Below are positions 1 to 7,968 of a stretch of DNA of 64,000 nt, piece by piece (the stretch's first letter is position 1; the number at the start of each line of letters is the position of its first letter). Source of the DNA: Bacteroidales bacterium (GTDB lineage: Bacteria > Bacteroidota > Bacteroidia > Bacteroidales > F082); NCBI GenBank assembly GCA_017530365.1, contig JAFXMK010000034.1:3328-67327 (forward strand), in the 5' to 3' direction. The notes under the pieces were generated by a model. It saw only the letters and a list, made by a program, of their open reading frames with translations. It was not told the origin of the DNA and did no database searches. Made by a program: the position numbers and the translations under genes.

Positions 1-181
1 CTTGGGGGACAATGGCATCTCCTCCGCAAACGGCAGAGGTTGAGGTGATGTCCTGTGGCATGTAAGTGGTCACTTTCACCTCTGAATCATCTGTATCATT
101 GTTCTCAGAGTGGCATCCAAAGGTGAACGCTACCACTGTCATTAGCATAATGGCTGCTAAAGCCTTGAAATATCTACTCAT
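1..181 (-). CDS. lipoprotein, N-terminal part only (gene runs off the left edge of the window)
   Basis: Not in the ORF track because it is open at the window edge. The reverse-strand ATG at 181-179 gives MSRYFKALAAIMLMTVVAFTFGCHSENNDTDD..., a signal peptide plus lipobox Cys, open to position 1. Confidence 0.45.
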   Translation of the reverse strand, partial: MSRYFKALAAIMLMTVVAFTFGCHSENNDTDDSEVKVTTYMPQDITSTSAVCGGDAIVPQ

Positions 182-203
182 AATCTCTTATTTAATTGGT
201 TGA

Positions 204-959
204 TTACCCTTTTATTTGAAGATTGAATCCTTCCTCGATCAATGGTTTCAGAAACGTCCTCATCTCCTCCACCGTGAACTTCTGCAAACCTTCTTCGGGC
301 GTGGGTCGGTCAATGGTGTAGGCCATCACCTCGCGTGGCTTCAGCAGCCTGACGATATCCATCCAGCCATCCAAGACCTCGGGCGAGGACGAATCAAAGT
401 CCTTGCTCTTCAAAAACATGGTCTGAAGAATGAAATCGCCGTGGAACTGCTTCAAAGCCTCCACTACCCTATTGACGTCATAACCCGGCGCCGGATGGTT
501 GATCTTCTCCACCAGTTCGTTGGTCGGGGCGTCGATCTTCATGATGGGATTGTCAACCTTTTTCAAAGCCTTGAAAATCTCAGGACGATGCACCTGGGTG
601 GCGTTGGAAAGCACCGAGACCTTAGCCGATGGATAATATTTGTCCCTCAACGCCAATGTATCGTCGATAATCTGTGGAAAATCGGGATTGATGGTCGATT
701 CGCCGTCACCCGAGAAGGTGATGGAATCTACCGGAACACCATCGGCCACCAGCTGCTGCAGCTTTGCTTCAAGGGCCTCTCGAACCTCGGCAGCCTTGGG
801 CAGACGGGAGTCACCACGACCATCTCTATTCCAACCGCATTCGCAATAGATGCAATCGAAGGTGCATATCTTGCCGTTTACAGGCAGCAGGTTGATACCC
901 AAGGAGCTACCCAACCGCCGACTGAAGATCGGCCCGAAAACAGTTTCTTCCCTGATCAT
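204..959 (-). CDS. radical SAM protein
   Basis: ORF 204..1028(-). I start it at the internal Met (MIREETVFGPIF) at 959 because the 23 upstream codons overlap the stop of the preceding gene (965). It has a CxxxCxxC cluster motif (KICTFDCIYCECGW). Confidence 0.8.
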   Translation of the reverse strand: MIREETVFGPIFSRRLGSSLGINLLPVNGKICTFDCIYCECGWNRDGRGDSRLPKAAEVREALEAKLQQLVADGVPVDSITFSGDGESTINPDFPQIIDDTLALRDKYYPSAKVSVLSNATQVHRPEIFKALKKVDNPIMKIDAPTNELVEKINHPAPGYDVNRVVEALKQFHGDFILQTMFLKSKDFDSSSPEVLDGWMDIVRLLKPREVMAYTIDRPTPEEGLQKFTVEEMRTFLKPLIEEGFNLQIKG

Positions 960-964
960 GATGC

Positions 965-3184
965 TTACTCTCCCAGCAGATGCTTGAATAGGAAGTTGTC
1001 GATCTTGGTAAAGAGATGCATGCGGCATTCGCCGTCGCCGTACTCATAACCACCATAGATACCGTGGTTCTTGTTGGGATAGATCATCAGGTCGAACTGC
1101 TTGCCATTGCTGATCATGGCCTTGATGAGCTCCATGGCGTTCTGGTAGTGAACGTTGTCATCGCCGCTACCGTGGCAAAGCAGGTAGTTGCCCTTGATCA
1201 ACTCAGTGTTATGCACCGGCGAGTTCTTGTCATAACCATCGGGATTCTCCTGTGGGGTACGCATGAAGCGCTCGGTATAAACATTGTCGTAATAGCGCCA
1301 GTTGGTCACAGGGGCCACCGAAACGGCAGTGCTGATAACGTCAGCGCCCTTGGTGATGCCGTTGGCCGCCATGAAGCCGCCGTAGCTCCAGCCATAGATG
1401 CCGATACGATCAGCATCCACGTATGGCTGCTTGGCCATGTACTTGGCCAGGGTGATCATATCCTCGGTCTCGTATTTGCCAAGCTGCAGGTATGTCATCT
1501 TCTTGAACACCTCTCCCTGAGCACCGCTACCTCTGTTGTTGATGGACACGCTGATGATGCCATGCTGCGCCAGAAGTTGCATCCAGAAATAGTCGCTGTC
1601 CGCCCATGAGTTGTTCACCGTCTGATGGCCAGGGCCGCCATACACATAGATCAACACAGGGTATTTCTTGTTGGGATCGAAGTCGGGAGGCAGGATCTGC
1701 CAAGCGTCCACATCCACCTGGGTGCCGTCGGGCAAAGTGAAAGCGGGGTCGCTGATCTTCAGAAGTTTCTTCTCACCGAGGTTGAAGGTCTTGAGTTTCT
1801 CGGCAAACTCGTGATTGTCCTCGAGTACACGCACCAGCTTGCCCTTATTGGTGTAAAGCTCATACTGACGAGGCTGGCTGATGGAGCTGTTAATATTTAT
1901 AAGGTAACTGAAATCATTGCTGAAACGCGCCTGGTTTGTACCGGGACGGCCGATTACCTCGCGCATCTGACCTTTCAGGTTGACAGCATAAATCTGGCGA
2001 TCCACAGGAGTGTTCTTGGCGGCCTGGAAAAACACTTCCTTGCCATCGAAGCCATAAACGCTGGTCACATCCCAAGGGCCATCGGTAAGCTGTTTCACCA
2101 AGGTGCCGTCCATATTATAAAGATAGATATGGTTGTAACCGCTCTTTTCCGACGTCATCAGGAAGCGCTTGCCATCCTCGAGGAAATGCCAGTCGTCGGT
2201 GATGTCGATATAGTATTCGTTAGTGTCGTCAAAAAACACGCGGCTGGCACCGGTCGTGGCGTTGGCGGCCAAAATCTCGAGATGGTTTTGGTGACGGTTG
2301 AGGCGCTGGATGGCCAAAACGTTGGGATCTTTGGTCCAGGCGATACGAGGCAGATAGATGTCGGTCTCGGTGCCGGTATCCATCTTGATGGTCTTGCCGC
2401 TGGCCAAGTCATAAACATAGATCTCCACGATGGAATTGTCCTCTCCCGCCTTGGGGTATTTGAAGCTGTACCATTCGGGATAAAGGCCTTCGAACTCTTC
2501 CATTTGGAATTCCTTCACCTTCGACTCGTCGAACTTCATGTAGGCGATCTTCTTGCTGTCGGGCGACCAGAAGAAACCTTGCGAGAAGCTAAATTCCTCT
2601 TCATAGACCCAGTCGGGGGCACCATTGATGATATGGTTGTAAAGGCCGTCATTGGTGAACTGCATCTCTTTCCCTGTGGCAAGGTCTTTAATAAACAAAT
2701 TGTTATCACGCATGAAGGCGACCTTGGTGGCATCGGGTGAGAAGGTGGCCAGACGCTGCTTGCCGTTATCCGAAAGTGCTTGCAGCGACTTTGTCTTGAG
2801 ATCATAAACGTAGTAGTTAGCCGTATAGGAATGGCGATAGATGGACTCCATATCGGTCAGCACCAGAAGTTTCGACTCGTCGTTGCTCAACTCGTAGTTT
2901 TGCATGGGGATGGGGGCCTCAGCGCCTTCCAACACCAGATCCTTGATATCGAACAAGGTCTTTACCAGCTTTCCGGTTTTATAGTTATAGATGTTCAAGG
3001 CACCTCTCTCGAAGCTGCCGTAAGTGGCGCCGTCTTTCATGGAATTCATGCCACGGACGCTTTTGGCATAGAAGGTCGGCTTCATGTAAAGGTCTTCGAG
3101 GGTAATGTTTTTCTTTTCTTGCGCGGTGGCAAAGAAGGTTCCCATCAGGAGGAACAGGGTAAGAATCAGCGATCTGGTTTTCAT
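965..3184 (-). CDS. dipeptidyl-peptidase IV-type S9 family serine peptidase
   Basis: 739 aa with signal peptide MKTRSLILTLFLLMGTFFATAQ. It has a long propeller-type N-terminal region, the S9 nucleophile motif GWSYGG, and GSGDDNVH near the C-terminus. Confidence 0.9.
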   Translation of the reverse strand: MKTRSLILTLFLLMGTFFATAQEKKNITLEDLYMKPTFYAKSVRGMNSMKDGATYGSFERGALNIYNYKTGKLVKTLFDIKDLVLEGAEAPIPMQNYELSNDESKLLVLTDMESIYRHSYTANYYVYDLKTKSLQALSDNGKQRLATFSPDATKVAFMRDNNLFIKDLATGKEMQFTNDGLYNHIINGAPDWVYEEEFSFSQGFFWSPDSKKIAYMKFDESKVKEFQMEEFEGLYPEWYSFKYPKAGEDNSIVEIYVYDLASGKTIKMDTGTETDIYLPRIAWTKDPNVLAIQRLNRHQNHLEILAANATTGASRVFFDDTNEYYIDITDDWHFLEDGKRFLMTSEKSGYNHIYLYNMDGTLVKQLTDGPWDVTSVYGFDGKEVFFQAAKNTPVDRQIYAVNLKGQMREVIGRPGTNQARFSNDFSYLININSSISQPRQYELYTNKGKLVRVLEDNHEFAEKLKTFNLGEKKLLKISDPAFTLPDGTQVDVDAWQILPPDFDPNKKYPVLIYVYGGPGHQTVNNSWADSDYFWMQLLAQHGIISVSINNRGSGAQGEVFKKMTYLQLGKYETEDMITLAKYMAKQPYVDADRIGIYGWSYGGFMAANGITKGADVISTAVSVAPVTNWRYYDNVYTERFMRTPQENPDGYDKNSPVHNTELIKGNYLLCHGSGDDNVHYQNAMELIKAMISNGKQFDLMIYPNKNHGIYGGYEYGDGECRMHLFTKIDNFLFKHLLGE

Positions 3185-3240
3185 TTTTGCTAAGATTTAA
3201 AGATGGGCAAAGGTAAGGAATTATAGGATATAAAAAAGTA

Positions 3241-3262
3241 GAGACGCAAGAATTTGCGTCTC
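3241..3262 (-). terminator. hairpin terminator 3' of tRNA-Val(CAC)
   Basis: GAGACGCAA-gaat-TTGCGTCTC hairpin flanked by A and T runs. It uses the same stem sequence as the hairpin at 3361..3384. Confidence 0.6.
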
Positions 3263-3272
3263 TACTTTTTCG

Positions 3273-3347
3273 TGGGACGTACTGGACTCGAACCAGTGAC
3301 CTCTGCCGTGTGAAGGCAGCGCTCTAAACCAACTGGGCTAACGTCCC
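3273..3347 (-). tRNA. tRNA-Val (anticodon CAC)
   Basis: The reverse complement folds as a cloverleaf. Acceptor GGGACGT/ACGTCCC, anticodon arm CTGCC-TTCACAC-GGCAG, T arm ACTGG-TTCGAGT-CCAGT. CCA is not encoded. There is one C-A mismatch in the D stem. Confidence 0.88.
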
Positions 3348-3360
3348 CCTTTTGATTAAA

Positions 3361-3384
3361 AGAGACGCAAAGTATTGCGTCTCT
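3361..3384 (-). terminator. hairpin between the two tRNA-Val genes
   Basis: AGAGACGCAA-agta-TTGCGTCTCT hairpin, followed on the minus strand by TTTTAAT. Confidence 0.55.
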
Positions 3385-3390
3385 AAGATG

Positions 3391-3465
3391 TGGGGCGAAC
3401 AAGGATCGAACTTGTGACCTCATGCCTGTCAAGCATGCGCTCTAAACCAACTGAGCTACCGTCCC
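3391..3465 (-). tRNA. tRNA-Val (anticodon GAC)
   Basis: The reverse complement is GGGACGGTAGCTCAGTTGGTTTAGAGCGCATGCTTGACAGGCATGAGGTCACAAGTTCGATCCTTGTTCGCCCCA. Anticodon arm CATGC-TTGACAG-GCATG. There is an A4-C69 mismatch in the acceptor stem. CCA is not encoded. Confidence 0.85.
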
Positions 3466-3475
3466 ATTGCGGATG

Positions 3476-3483
3476 CAAAAGTA
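3476..3483 (-). promoter_or_regulatory. Bacteroidota -7 promoter box (TACTTTTG) for the tRNA-Val pair
   Basis: Plus-strand CAAAAGTA equals minus-strand TACTTTTG and matches TAnnTTTG. It lies about 11 nt upstream of the tRNA 5' end at 3465. Confidence 0.55.
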
Positions 3484-3546
3484 CAGCTTTTTTTGTAATC
3501 TCCAAGAAAACGGAGAATATTTTTTTGAAAAAAATAAAAATATGCC

Positions 3547-3554
3547 TAACTTTG
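3547..3554 (+). promoter_or_regulatory. -7 promoter box TAACTTTG
   Basis: Matches TAnnTTTG, about 59 nt upstream of the ATG at 3613. Confidence 0.5.
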
Positions 3555-3612
3555 CACTCCCAATAATCAAGGATTGTTTTTGTAATTTATTAAAAATCAA
3601 AATATTATCATC

Positions 3613-4935
3613 ATGATGCAAAACAACATCGTCCCCGTTGACATAGCGAAGAAACTCTTTGAAGAAAGCGGCTTGGCCTGCATCGGCAAGGCTGGTATCC
3701 GTGAAATCAACAAATTGGCTCGTGACATCGAGGCCGCCTCTGGCAAGAAATTCATCCACATGGAGATCGGCAACCCCGGACTTCCGCCCGCTCGCGTTGG
3801 TATTGAAGCTCAAATCAAAGCGTTGCAGGACGGCGTCCCTGCCAACTACCCTCCTATCGACGGCATCCCGGTGCTTAAAAATGAAGCTTCGCGTTTCATC
3901 AAGAACTTCCTGAACCTCGAGGTGGACGCAGCCAACTGCATCCCTACTGTCGGCTCCATGCAAGGCGGCTTTGCCTCCTTCATGATCTGCGGACACACCA
4001 ATAAACAGAAAAACACCATCCTCTTCATCGACCCCGGCTTCCCAGTGCATAAGTTCCAAAACAAGGTGCTCGGCATCCCGATGGAGCATTTCGATATCTA
4101 CGACTATCGTGGCGAGAAGCTGCGTGCCAAACTTGAAGAGGTGTTGAGCAAAGGCAACATCCACAGCATCCTCTACTCCAACCCCAACAACCCCACTTGG
4201 GTCTGCTTGACGGAGGAAGAGCTGCAAATCATCGGCGAGATGGCCAACAAATACGATGTCATCGTGATAGAAGACCTCGCCTACTTCGGCATGGACTTCC
4301 GCAAGGACTACAGCCATCCCGGCGTGGAGCCATACCAACCCAGCGTGGGCAAATACACGGACAATTACATCTTGATGATCTCCAGCTCGAAGGCCTTCAG
4401 CTATGCCGGCGAGCGCTGCGCTATCATCGGCATCAGCAACAAGTTGGCCCAACGTCATTATCCCGACCTGAAAGCTTTCTGCGGACAAGAGATCTTCCTG
4501 CGCGCCATCCTCTTCGGTGCCTTGCACCCACTCAGCTCAGGCACTTCGCATTCGGCACAACACGCCTTGGCCGCCATCCTGAAGGCTGTCAATGACGGCA
4601 CCTACAACTACCGCGACGACGTGTTGGAGTATGGCCGCAAAGCCGAACTGATGAAGAAAGCCTTCACCGACAACGACTTCTACATCACCTACGACGAGGA
4701 CTGCGGTGAGCCTATCGCTGACGGCTTCTACTTCACCTTCTGCTATCCTGGCTTCACGGGCTCCGACCTCGTTGAAGAGATGCTGTACTACGGCGTCTCA
4801 GGCATCTCTCTCGACACCTGTGGCAGCCAGAAGCAAGGCATCCGCGCCTGCACCTCACTCATCCAACGCGACGAGATCCCGGTGCTGGCTGAAAGGCTGA
4901 AAGCCTTTGCCATGGATCATCCAGTGAAGCGTTAA
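3613..4935 (+). CDS. PLP-dependent aminotransferase (class I/II fold)
   Basis: 440 aa. Typical fold-type I layout: HMEIGNPGLPP near the N-terminus, YSNPNNPT, and the Schiff-base Lys context SSSKAFSYAGERC. Confidence 0.85.
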   Translation: MMQNNIVPVDIAKKLFEESGLACIGKAGIREINKLARDIEAASGKKFIHMEIGNPGLPPARVGIEAQIKALQDGVPANYPPIDGIPVLKNEASRFIKNFLNLEVDAANCIPTVGSMQGGFASFMICGHTNKQKNTILFIDPGFPVHKFQNKVLGIPMEHFDIYDYRGEKLRAKLEEVLSKGNIHSILYSNPNNPTWVCLTEEELQIIGEMANKYDVIVIEDLAYFGMDFRKDYSHPGVEPYQPSVGKYTDNYILMISSSKAFSYAGERCAIIGISNKLAQRHYPDLKAFCGQEIFLRAILFGALHPLSSGTSHSAQHALAAILKAVNDGTYNYRDDVLEYGRKAELMKKAFTDNDFYITYDEDCGEPIADGFYFTFCYPGFTGSDLVEEMLYYGVSGISLDTCGSQKQGIRACTSLIQRDEIPVLAERLKAFAMDHPVKR

Positions 4936-4966
4936 ACAGCTAATTGACGACTTTTTTGCGAAAAAA

Positions 4967-5010
4967 AACCGAAATGATTTGGCTGCCAGCTCAAATCATT
5001 TCGGTTTTTT
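4967..5010 (+). terminator. rho-independent terminator
   Basis: 14-bp stem AACCGAAATGATTT / AAATCATTTCGGTT with a 12-nt loop, followed by a T6 run. Confidence 0.8.
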
Positions 5011-5089
5011 AGGGCCCATCGATTTACATCGACATAAGCCTTAAAAAGAAAAAGTTAAAGCATTTTTATAAATGTTCCGATTAAAACTT

Positions 5090-5097
5090 TAATTTTG
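5090..5097 (+). promoter_or_regulatory. -7 promoter box TAATTTTG
   Basis: Matches TAnnTTTG inside the AT-rich islet, 34 nt upstream of the micro-ORF ATG at 5131. Confidence 0.35.
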
Positions 5098-5130
5098 TAT
5101 CGTTATGCTCATATTCTTCACAATTGAGAG

Positions 5131-5244
5131 ATGAATACGTGCGTCAAACCGTGCCGACATTGTAATCTTTCCAGAGGACACCACTGCCGAGGACGAAAGA
5201 GGAAAATATTACAAGGTCTATTACAAAGAAGAAGAATAAATTAA
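5131..5244 (+). CDS. possible 37-aa Cys-rich, very basic micro-protein (speculative)
   Basis: Hand translation gives MNTCVKPCRHCNLSRGHHCRGRKRKILQGLLQRRRIN*. It is below the ORF-track length cutoff. It is a locally GC-richer patch in an AT-rich spacer, with a promoter-like box upstream. Confidence 0.15.
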   Translation: MNTCVKPCRHCNLSRGHHCRGRKRKILQGLLQRRRIN

Positions 5245-5318
5245 TAAGAAATAGTATAAATAAAATAATATTTTCAATAATTTTTTAAACTCATTACTGT
5301 ATTAATAAAAAAATTACA

Positions 5319-5326
5319 TATCTTTG
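5319..5326 (+). promoter_or_regulatory. -7 promoter box TATCTTTG
   Basis: Perfect TAnnTTTG, 15 nt upstream of the ATG at 5341, implying a very short leader. Confidence 0.55.
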
Positions 5327-5340
5327 CATGCGAAAACAAG

Positions 5341-6216
5341 ATGATTGCCTCTAATATGAACAACACCATCGACAATGCTGTAAAAGAGCTTCTTAACCGA
5401 GCACTTGATAACATCGAAAAAGTCTTAAATAGCGATGTTCTATGTTATTATGGCCCAATTGCCGATGGAAATGAAAATATCTTTCTCCAGATTATAGAAG
5501 AATTGGCCCAAGATCCTAATAAAAAGGAACAACTTGCCATTGTTCTGACCACGACAGGTGGAAGTGCCATGGCCGTTGAACGTTACGTGAACATCATTAG
5601 AAAGCATTACTCCAGGGTTATTTTTGTCATTCCTGATTACGCTTATAGTGCCGGAACTATCTTTTGCATGAGCGGCGATGAGATCTGGATGGATTATTCA
5701 TCCGTACTTGGCCCCATTGACCCACAAGTCAAAAACAAAGAAGGTAAATATGTTCCTGCATTAGGCTATCTGGACAAAGTAAACGAAATGATAAGTAAAG
5801 CCCAGAAGAATCAGTTATCGCAAGCCGAGTTTTTGATTTTAAAAGATTTGGATTTAGCTGAGTTACGTGCTTATGAACAAGCAAAGGAACTTACTACAAC
5901 ATTATTGAAAAAGTGGCTGGTAAAATACAAATTCAAAAACTGGAATATTCACAGCTCAACAGGAGAAAGGGTTACAGAAGAAGACAAGAAAAAACGCGCG
6001 GAGGAAATAGCAAAGCAATTGGGAGACAACAAGAGATGGAAATCGCATGGAAGGCCCATCAACATTGAAGAGTTAGAGGGGCTCAAACTACAAATAAAGG
6101 ATTTTAGCGACATTGCCAACGAAAGAAATGCCATTCGAGATTATTACAATCTTCTCAATGAGTTTACAAAGAAATACAATGTTCAATTATTCATACACAC
6201 TAGAAAGTTTATATAA
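5341..6216 (+). CDS. SDH-family (serine dehydrogenase proteinase-like) ClpP/SppA-fold serine peptidase
   Basis: 291 aa. Family-typical blocks are DVLCYYGPI, LAIVLTTTGGSAMAVERY, the nucleophile-type motif IPDYAYSAGTIFCMSGDEIWM, LGPIDPQ and HGRPINIEELEGLKL. AT-rich codon usage is unlike its neighbours. Confidence 0.75.
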   Translation: MIASNMNNTIDNAVKELLNRALDNIEKVLNSDVLCYYGPIADGNENIFLQIIEELAQDPNKKEQLAIVLTTTGGSAMAVERYVNIIRKHYSRVIFVIPDYAYSAGTIFCMSGDEIWMDYSSVLGPIDPQVKNKEGKYVPALGYLDKVNEMISKAQKNQLSQAEFLILKDLDLAELRAYEQAKELTTTLLKKWLVKYKFKNWNIHSSTGERVTEEDKKKRAEEIAKQLGDNKRWKSHGRPINIEELEGLKLQIKDFSDIANERNAIRDYYNLLNEFTKKYNVQLFIHTRKFI

Positions 6217-6217
6217 A

Positions 6218-6421
6218 ATGGGCAGCATAGAAAAGAAAGTTTTAAAAGTCACGAGTCAAAAGGATGTTCTTTTTCCGAATGATGATCAATTAAAGTCATT
6301 TGAAGAGGCTTTAGATATGTTTAATGATTTAGTCAAACGTGGTCTAATTAAACCACGAGGCTACACTCTTCAAACCATAGAAGACAGCATGAGACCAGAC
6401 TCCTTTAATGTTATGGCTTAA
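6218..6421 (+). CDS. 67-aa hypothetical protein, translationally coupled to the protease
   Basis: Internal Met of ORF 6113..6421, giving MGSIEKKVLKVTSQKDVLFPNDDQLKSFEEALDMFNDLVKRGLIKPRGYTLQTIEDSMRPDSFNVMA. The ATG begins 1 nt after the protease stop (TAA-A-ATG). I recognise no motif. Confidence 0.5.
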   Translation: MGSIEKKVLKVTSQKDVLFPNDDQLKSFEEALDMFNDLVKRGLIKPRGYTLQTIEDSMRPDSFNVMA

Positions 6422-6453
6422 AGAGCTATAGCCTAATTGTAGTTTAAGACCAT

Positions 6454-6492
6454 AGCGGAGTGTGTAAGTTTACATACTCCGCTTATTTATTT
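6454..6492 (+). terminator. rho-independent terminator closing the AT-rich islet
   Basis: Hairpin AGCGGAGTGTGTA-agtt-TACATACTCCGCT followed by TATTTATTT. Confidence 0.7.
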
Positions 6493-6616
6493 AAACTCAT
6501 TCTAAATTATCTTCACCTAATAAAAATAAACAAAAGCTAAGCTATTCATTACCCAAAAAACCGTAATTTCGTGGATTCAAAAATTGAAACAAACAATCAA
6601 CTAAAATTTTATCAAT

Positions 6617-6841
6617 ATGGCAAAATTCAGAGGAGCCATCGTCGTTGACATCGAGCGTTGCAAAGGCTGCGGCGTATGCATCACAGCCTGCCCATGCAAG
6701 GTCATCGAACTGGCAAAAGAAGTTAACGGAAAAGGTTACAATTACGCCTTCATGGCGAACCCCGAAGCCTGCATCGGCTGCGCCTCCTGCGGCATCACCT
6801 GCCCCGACGGCGTCATCAAGGTTTACAAGAAAGCCCTGTAA
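6617..6841 (+). CDS. 2-oxoacid:ferredoxin oxidoreductase delta subunit (2x[4Fe-4S] ferredoxin)
   Basis: 74 aa with two CxxCxxCxxxCP motifs (CKGCGVCITACP, CIGCASCGITCP). It is the first gene of a four-gene oxidoreductase operon. Confidence 0.88.
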   Translation: MAKFRGAIVVDIERCKGCGVCITACPCKVIELAKEVNGKGYNYAFMANPEACIGCASCGITCPDGVIKVYKKAL

Positions 6842-6878
6842 TCAACCTATTGTCTAACAAATCAAAAAATCTTACATA

Positions 6879-7964
6879 ATGGGAGAATTAAAACTGATGA
6901 AGGGTAACGAGGCATTGGCCGAAGCCGCCATCCGCTGCGGCGCCGATGCTTATTTCGGATATCCTATCACCCCTCAGTCGGAAGTGATCGAGTATCTGTC
7001 GGAACAGAACCCTTATGAACGCACCGGTATGGTCGTTCTTCAAGCCGAAAGTGAATTGGCAGCCATCAACATGGTTTATGCTGCTGGTGCAGCCGGAAAG
7101 CATGTCATGACCTCATCATCCAGCCCAGGCGTGTGCCTGAAGCAGGAAGGTCTGGCCTACATCGCCGGTGCCGAAGTGCCCTGCGTCTTCGCTGACGTGG
7201 TGCGTGGCGGCCCGGGTCTGGGTACCATCCAGCCTTCACAGGCCGACTATTTCCAGAACACCAAAGGCGGCGGCAACGGCGACTACCGTAACATCGTCCT
7301 CGCTCCTGCTTCCGTCCAGGAAATGGCTGACTTCGTGCCGCTGGGCTTCGAACTGGCCTTCAAATACAGAATGGCAGTGTGCATCCTCTCCGACGGTGCC
7401 ATCGGCCAAATGATGGAAAAGGTCGTCCTGCCTGAGCAGAAAGCCCGCCTCACCGAAGAAGAAATCAAAGCCAAGTATCCTTGGGCTCTTACAGGCCGCA
7501 AACGTGGCACACAACACCGTGTGATCACCTCTTTGGACCTCGACTCCGCCCGCATGGAAGAACACAACCGCGCCCTGCAGCGCAAGTATGACGAAGTGAC
7601 CAAGAACGAAGTCCGCTATGAGATGATCGACTGCGACGACGCCGAATACGTGTTCGTGGCTTACGGCTCCAGCGCCCGTATCGCTCAGAAGTCAGTGCAG
7701 CTCGGCCGCGCCGAAGGCCTGAAGGTCGGCCTGCTCCGTCCCATCACCCTGTGGCCCTACCCGACACAAGCCATCCGCAACCTCATCGACAAGGGCGTCA
7801 AGGGATTCCTCTCAGTTGAATTGAGCTGCGGTCAGATGATCGAAGACGTGCTGCTGGCCTGCAACGGCCGCGTCAAAGCCGAACACTTCGGCCGCGTCGG
7901 TGGTATCATCCATACCCCTGAAGAAGTTCTCGAAGCTATGAAGAAACAAATTATAGGAGAATAA
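6879..7964 (+). CDS. 2-oxoacid:ferredoxin oxidoreductase alpha subunit (KorA/VorB-type)
   Basis: 361 aa. N-terminus MKGNEALAEAAIRCGADAYFGYPITPQSEV is typical of pyruvate/2-oxoacid:ferredoxin oxidoreductase alpha subunits. Confidence 0.88.
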   Translation: MGELKLMKGNEALAEAAIRCGADAYFGYPITPQSEVIEYLSEQNPYERTGMVVLQAESELAAINMVYAAGAAGKHVMTSSSSPGVCLKQEGLAYIAGAEVPCVFADVVRGGPGLGTIQPSQADYFQNTKGGGNGDYRNIVLAPASVQEMADFVPLGFELAFKYRMAVCILSDGAIGQMMEKVVLPEQKARLTEEEIKAKYPWALTGRKRGTQHRVITSLDLDSARMEEHNRALQRKYDEVTKNEVRYEMIDCDDAEYVFVAYGSSARIAQKSVQLGRAEGLKVGLLRPITLWPYPTQAIRNLIDKGVKGFLSVELSCGQMIEDVLLACNGRVKAEHFGRVGGIIHTPEEVLEAMKKQIIGE

Positions 7965-7968
7965 GAAA

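Noticed and set aside
216-1049. 277-aa plus-strand ORF opposite the radical SAM gene. Similar long antisense ORFs are at 1625..2740(+), 3442..4527(-), 8026..8610(-), 15893..16912(+), 18773..19462(-), 33203..34396(+), 37900..38883(-), 41919..42659(-), 44755..45288(-), 50008..51000(+) and 53007..53621(-).
   Set aside because: Each lies antisense to a gene with clear family motifs. Their translations are low-complexity and rich in R/H/G/V/L, as expected for shadow ORFs in GC-rich coding DNA. None has a promoter box or recognisable domain.
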